Positions 53,848-57,823 of a stretch of DNA of 57,823 bases are shown here, one piece after another. Source of the stretch: a virus (Duplodnaviria; Caudoviricetes). The position numbers and the translations under genes were made by a program. The notes beneath the pieces were generated by a model. The model saw only the letters and a program-made list of their open reading frames with translations, had not been told where the DNA came from and ran no database searches. The stretch covers positions 1 through 57,823 of the IMG/VR virus record IMGVR_UViG_3300024520_000084, one strand, 5' to 3'. Every line of letters begins with the position of its first letter. The first letter of the stretch is position 1.

Positions 53848-54112
53848 TCTTTTCTTCTGTTATTGCCGCCCATAACGCTGTGTAAGCTGTAGCGTCTACG
53901 CCATTATCTGGGTTTGGGCTCCCTAATTCGTCACGCGATACTTTAAGCAGAACCATGCAGAAAGCAACCTGTTCAGGTGTTATATCTGCCCCTAAATACC
54001 TACTCCATAAATCAGCCACACGCTTGTGCAAAAGCACGTAGTCGCCGTGCTGTTTGGCCCTGTCTCCTCCTACAAGAGACGCTGCTGTCCTTAAAATATC
54101 CACTGGCTTCAT
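53840..54112 (-). CDS. DUF6378-like small protein (nucleotide pyrophosphohydrolase-like)
   Basis: GDR..QHG...LWS.YLG...CMVLLKVSR...DN.VD..AY. Confidence 0.75.
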   Translation of the reverse strand: MKPVDILRTAASLVGGDRAKQHGDYVLLHKRVADLWSRYLGADITPEQVAFCMVLLKVSRDELGSPNPDNGVDATAYTALWAAITEEKNA

Positions 54113-55638
54113 AAAGAATAACTCAAGTTGGTTTGGGGGAGCATAATATGTAAAGCCTTTTTTGTTCTTGTCACCGCAACATAATATACCCTGTGCTCCG
54201 TCGCAGGATTCTTTAAGTATTCCTTGTGCGCTGCGTAAGACAAGTCCGGCACCACCAATACATTGTCAGCTTCTCCACCCTTCATTGAATGAATTGTACT
54301 TATCTTTATTCTAGGGCTTTTGACATTGTCTTTTCTTTTCAAGGCATTAAGCACGTAATTCTTTGTGTCAAGATCAATTTTATTTAAGGATCGATGCCAC
54401 CGTACAGAACCGTCCACCAGTAGCCCTAGCTTATCGGTTGCTTCAGACATGCTTATCAGGGAATCAGGGTCCAGACCTAACAAGGCAGCGGATCGTGGTC
54501 CATGGCCCCTTGAGTACCCTTCCCCAACCGCCATAAAAGTATAAATGTTTCTTAACTTATCTGGTGTAATTGCTACGCCCTTGCACCAATCTTCCCAAGA
54601 CTGAAGAGCCTCGTAAGTCTTGACCGGAATGCTGGGGTGCCCATTACGACTGTATATCCAACCTTCTTGCCTAAGAGCGTAAGCATACTGTGCCGCGATA
54701 CGGTTAGTACGAGCCATCAGACACCACTCGCCTTCGTGTAAAGGAACATCCCAAATATTTTGATGAAACTGAACTATACCTTCTTCGTCACGGGGGCGCC
54801 ATATTTTAGGTGCTCGACCTTCTATGCGACTAACGATGTTTTGGGCTTCTCGCCAAGCGGCTCTAGGCAATCTGTATGATTGGCTTAAAACGGTCTTCTT
54901 TTCTGTTGCGTTTAAAAAGGCTTGAACGTCAGCCCCCTGAAAACCCATGATGGCCTGGTCATCATCTCCCGTGAAAACCTGTATGCGGGGTGTCTGCCTT
55001 AAAACATCAATCATTGCCCACTGTAAGGTTGACAAGTCCTGCGCCTCATCTACGAATAAAGCCTCTATGCCGGGGGGCGCATCCGACCTGATAAAATTCT
55101 CGATCATGTCGGTAAAGTCAATCTTACTACGGACACTCTTATAACCCTCATACGCCGACACCAACCGCTTCAACTCTGGAAAATCAATGGAGTAATCTGC
55201 CAACTGCCGGTGCATCTCTTCAAGCGGAATCCTCTTACTACGCGCCAGATGATACTGGCTCATGTAAAAGTCACCCTTCGACACGCCTAGAGTATCAAAA
55301 TCAGTTTCTATGCTTGCTTTCTTGTTGCCAAAAGGAATGCCTACAGCTTCCCCAATCTTCTTCAAATCATCCTTGCCCATCACCTCGTCAGAGCTATACC
55401 CCCCAGACCGAAACGCCATAGAATGCAACGTCTGAAAGTACGGCAGGTCCTTTTCATCTATACCCCAATCACGGGAAACCCTCTCACGGCTTTCCTGTGC
55501 TGCCTTACGGGTAAACGACACACAGGCAATTCGATCAGGATCAATGCCTTGCTCGATGCACTCCCTGATCTTGTTGGAGTTGGTTTGGGTTTTGCCTGTG
55601 CCAGGTGGCCCAAGGATGGTTTCATGTTCTTCGGTCAA
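54109..55638 (-). CDS. UvrD/REP-like SF1 helicase
   Basis: GPPGTGKT, SFTRKAA, TLHS, DEAQD, GDDDQAI, STIHSMKGGE, YVAVTR. Confidence 0.93.
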   Translation of the reverse strand: MTEEHETILGPPGTGKTQTNSNKIRECIEQGIDPDRIACVSFTRKAAQESRERVSRDWGIDEKDLPYFQTLHSMAFRSGGYSSDEVMGKDDLKKIGEAVGIPFGNKKASIETDFDTLGVSKGDFYMSQYHLARSKRIPLEEMHRQLADYSIDFPELKRLVSAYEGYKSVRSKIDFTDMIENFIRSDAPPGIEALFVDEAQDLSTLQWAMIDVLRQTPRIQVFTGDDDQAIMGFQGADVQAFLNATEKKTVLSQSYRLPRAAWREAQNIVSRIEGRAPKIWRPRDEEGIVQFHQNIWDVPLHEGEWCLMARTNRIAAQYAYALRQEGWIYSRNGHPSIPVKTYEALQSWEDWCKGVAITPDKLRNIYTFMAVGEGYSRGHGPRSAALLGLDPDSLISMSEATDKLGLLVDGSVRWHRSLNKIDLDTKNYVLNALKRKDNVKSPRIKISTIHSMKGGEADNVLVVPDLSYAAHKEYLKNPATEHRVYYVAVTRTKKALHIMLPQTNLSYSL

Positions 55639-57173
55639 AACGGTGGCTCCTCCATTGGTGAGAATGTAACTTCGGGCAGGTCAACTTCACCACGGTACAT
55701 CTCCGGCACAAACCACACCCGCACCGACTTCCAGTTTTCGTTGTTATCAAGAAACCGGTATGTTTTGTTAGCTTTTTCTCCATTGTTCATTTCTTTTAAC
55801 CGCTCAGTGATCTGACCGCGTGTGTATAGCGTAAAATTATTACGCTTCAGAAATTCCTGTAGGGAACTTAGCTTGAAATATGTAACGCTGTCCTCTGTCC
55901 ACGGCTTACCTGTCAACAGTTCCTCTGGGCTGTGTGCCTGTATACGAGAAGTGCAAAAAGTTTCTAATAGTTCTATGAACAGACCCTTTTGAGTCAATTC
56001 CTCTGACACCGATATTCTCGTGGCGTCACTTAACAAACTGTCAATTAAGTCGCGCCAATCCGATTCTTTCATTTTGGCCGGCATCTTGTACATTTGTTCC
56101 ATGCAAGCACGTTGAAACTCCACCTGCATCTGCAACTGCTTGGTAGACAACTCAAGCCTTGCACCGTCAACGTCAACAAACCACACGGGAGGTTCCGACT
56201 CCACCACGGTAAGACCGCCCACAGGCACATGAGAATTAGCGTCCCCCACACCAAACTTCCTGGACCGACACAGTGACTTGTTGCAATGGCTGTGTAGCGG
56301 CTCCTGCTTGCACGTATAAAAATATTCTTTTTTATCCAGCTGCTCTTGAATAATAACAATCTCCCGCGCTGGAAGAGGCGGGGTACAATAATCTTGGTTG
56401 TGTTTCTCCAACAAAACTTTCCAAACACTTGGCGAAGATTGCTTGTAATACACGCCTATATTTAAAAGCGTGTTGTTCCTACCGCCTTCTGGAATGCCAA
56501 ACTCCGTCAGCTGCTGAAGACATGGTGGGCCTTTTGGTAATATATCGTCGCTGTTGCCTAACGATATCTTGGAAAGTTCTTCCGCTGAGATGCGTGACCC
56601 TTCCGCTAAGGTAAGAAAATCCTCTAAAGCTGTGGACGAGCCATCCTTTTTGAGCGCATACCGAGTTGTGTACTCTGCGTTCTGGTAGGGAAGGTTTATA
56701 AAGTTTCCAACATCACCACGCTCTGCCAGAAGTTCTTCCTGCTTTGGAAACACCTCGCAGTTGCCCCATCCAATGACAGCGGCAAACTCAGCAAGACGAT
56801 CTCGAACTTCAGAAGCTGATACTTGTTCGGAGAGAAAAAGAAATAAGTGAGCCCCGCCAGACTTTGACCGGCAGAGTATCAACGGTAATTTAAAACGCTG
56901 TACCTTAGAAAATAAGAGTGGAAGATCAAGATTGTAGTCATCTATATCAAGCGCACCAAAAAGACATTTGTTCGTCTCGTTAATAGGTATTGACCCAACA
57001 CCAATCTTCCCATCCAAATGATCTTGGATAAGGTCCACCGTCAACGGTTCACGGACAATTTCGTATTTTGCCTGCTGCTTGCCGTTTTTCTGGCGGCCCG
57101 AAACTTCTGTCTGTCCATGGGCTCCTTGTGATCCGGTAAAAAGATCAAGAAACCTCTGCGCTAAATCACTCAT
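55635..57173 (-). CDS. Archaeo-eukaryotic-type primase (AEP/prim-pol) with PriCT-like region
   Basis: LDID, RSKSGGAHLF, EVFPKQ, GNFINLP, PPC, EGGRN; start MSDLAQ at 57173. Confidence 0.85.
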   Translation of the reverse strand: MSDLAQRFLDLFTGSQGAHGQTEVSGRQKNGKQQAKYEIVREPLTVDLIQDHLDGKIGVGSIPINETNKCLFGALDIDDYNLDLPLLFSKVQRFKLPLILCRSKSGGAHLFLFLSEQVSASEVRDRLAEFAAVIGWGNCEVFPKQEELLAERGDVGNFINLPYQNAEYTTRYALKKDGSSTALEDFLTLAEGSRISAEELSKISLGNSDDILPKGPPCLQQLTEFGIPEGGRNNTLLNIGVYYKQSSPSVWKVLLEKHNQDYCTPPLPAREIVIIQEQLDKKEYFYTCKQEPLHSHCNKSLCRSRKFGVGDANSHVPVGGLTVVESEPPVWFVDVDGARLELSTKQLQMQVEFQRACMEQMYKMPAKMKESDWRDLIDSLLSDATRISVSEELTQKGLFIELLETFCTSRIQAHSPEELLTGKPWTEDSVTYFKLSSLQEFLKRNNFTLYTRGQITERLKEMNNGEKANKTYRFLDNNENWKSVRVWFVPEMYRGEVDLPEVTFSPMEEPPF

Positions 57174-57180
57174 AAAAATA

Positions 57181-57203
57181 GGGTCCCGCGTTACACGGGA
57201 CCC
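57181..57203 (-). terminator. Hairpin between SSB-like gene and primase
   Basis: GGGTCCCG/CGGGACCC stem followed by TATTTTT on minus strand. Confidence 0.6.
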
Positions 57204-57209
57204 CTGCAC

Positions 57210-57823
57210 CTAGAATGGTACTTCGTCAGAGGATTGATCGGCAATGACTTCCGTTTCCTGTACCGGTGGAGCAATACTCAACTCCCCACTGGAAATGGAG
57301 CCATGAAGTTCCTTGCAGTCATTGTAGGCTTCCAGAGAGGGAACCGGACCCTCAAGGGAAATGCTCCAAGAGCCCCACGATCCCTTATCGTTACCGTCCT
57401 CGACAGACTTTAAACGATAGGTGTTCGCAAATGACGGCAGCGTTGAGCCCTTGTGCTTCTGCATCATCATCATCGACAGCCAGAGACGCGACTTCTTCAA
57501 TTGCGTCTTTTTCATGTCCACAATAGCATTCTCAAGATTGCCGTCTTCGTGAACAATCTTAATGTAATGCTGGGCAGTACGAACCAGTTCGTTGCCGTTG
57601 GCCAGCAACTCCATGCCGGAGTCCTTATCCCGCACGGCTGTTCGTACATCCTTTGAGTCGGCAGACAACTCACCCTCAAACCCGCCGCCCTGATTTCGCG
57701 GTACGAACTCTAAGAACTTCATCTGAAAGAACACGGGAAGTACAGAGACACCCTTGTCCCCATCCCACACCTTGTTGGTCACGGTATTAAAAATGTCTCC
57801 TTGACCGGCTCCCTCAATGTACG
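57210..57823 (-). CDS. 3' part of SSB-like replication protein
   Basis: Frame open to the right end (YIEGAGQGDIFNTVTNK...), MKKTQLKKSR.W, acidic tail ending VPF. Confidence 0.78.
   Translation of the reverse strand, partial: YIEGAGQGDIFNTVTNKVWDGDKGVSVLPVFFQMKFLEFVPRNQGGGFEGELSADSKDVRTAVRDKDSGMELLANGNELVRTAQHYIKIVHEDGNLENAIVDMKKTQLKKSRLWLSMMMMQKHKGSTLPSFANTYRLKSVEDGNDKGSWGSWSISLEGPVPSLEAYNDCKELHGSISSGELSIAPPVQETEVIADQSSDEVPF

Larger units (their letters stand above)
1..57823. mobile_element. Near-complete, circularly permuted tailed dsDNA phage genome (podovirus-like, HTVC023P-like organisation)
   Basis: TerS/TerL, portal, scaffold, capsid, tail fibre, ejection proteins, PolA/helicase/primase all present; no host housekeeping genes; one gene split across the two ends. 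Confidence 0.93.

Noticed and set aside
1-57823. Integrase, introns/inteins or stop-codon recoding
   Set aside because: No recombinase motifs found; TerL, PolA and helicases are of normal size and uninterrupted under the standard code

Overview
The window looks like a nearly complete, circularly permuted 57.8 kb genome of a tailed dsDNA phage, probably a marine podovirus-like phage of an alphaproteobacterium; gene content and order resemble HTVC023P-like phages (inference). One minus-strand gene is split across the two ends, with about 5 codons apparently missing at the junction. Modules: replication (family A DNA polymerase with Leu at the Pol I 762 position, UvrD-like helicase, AEP primase, SSB-like protein, SNF2 helicase); an early/accessory region at 3.5-13.9 kb (SleB-like hydrolase, PAPS-reductase-like enzyme, C5 methyltransferase, DGQHR/ParB-like protein, GP88-like protein, many micro-ORFs and Zn-finger proteins); small and large terminase; a cluster of exported, membrane and lysis genes between TerL and portal; head genes (portal, GroES-like, scaffold, major capsid); tail genes with an S74-chaperone fibre; and ejection proteins. 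I found no integrase, RNA polymerase, tRNA or CRISPR array. Most interesting signals: (1) a recurrent [FYMLV]-x-x-G-G-x-[VIA]-like peptide tag in at least 7 unrelated late proteins, possibly a capsid-loading or cleavage signal, one of which carries a signal-less beta-barrel-like domain; (2) a perfect chromosomal parS palindrome at 24359-24374; (3) a c4/CI-like structured RNA with a bipartite downstream target and a terminator/antiterminator at 9864-10036, next to a symmetric nested inverted-repeat element; (4) three co-oriented (GGGTC)n G-quadruplex-capable tracts tied to paralogous hairpin elements; (5) a three-helix interlocked pseudoknot over an RBS downstream of the capsid gene. Family calls come from motif recognition only; no database search was run.
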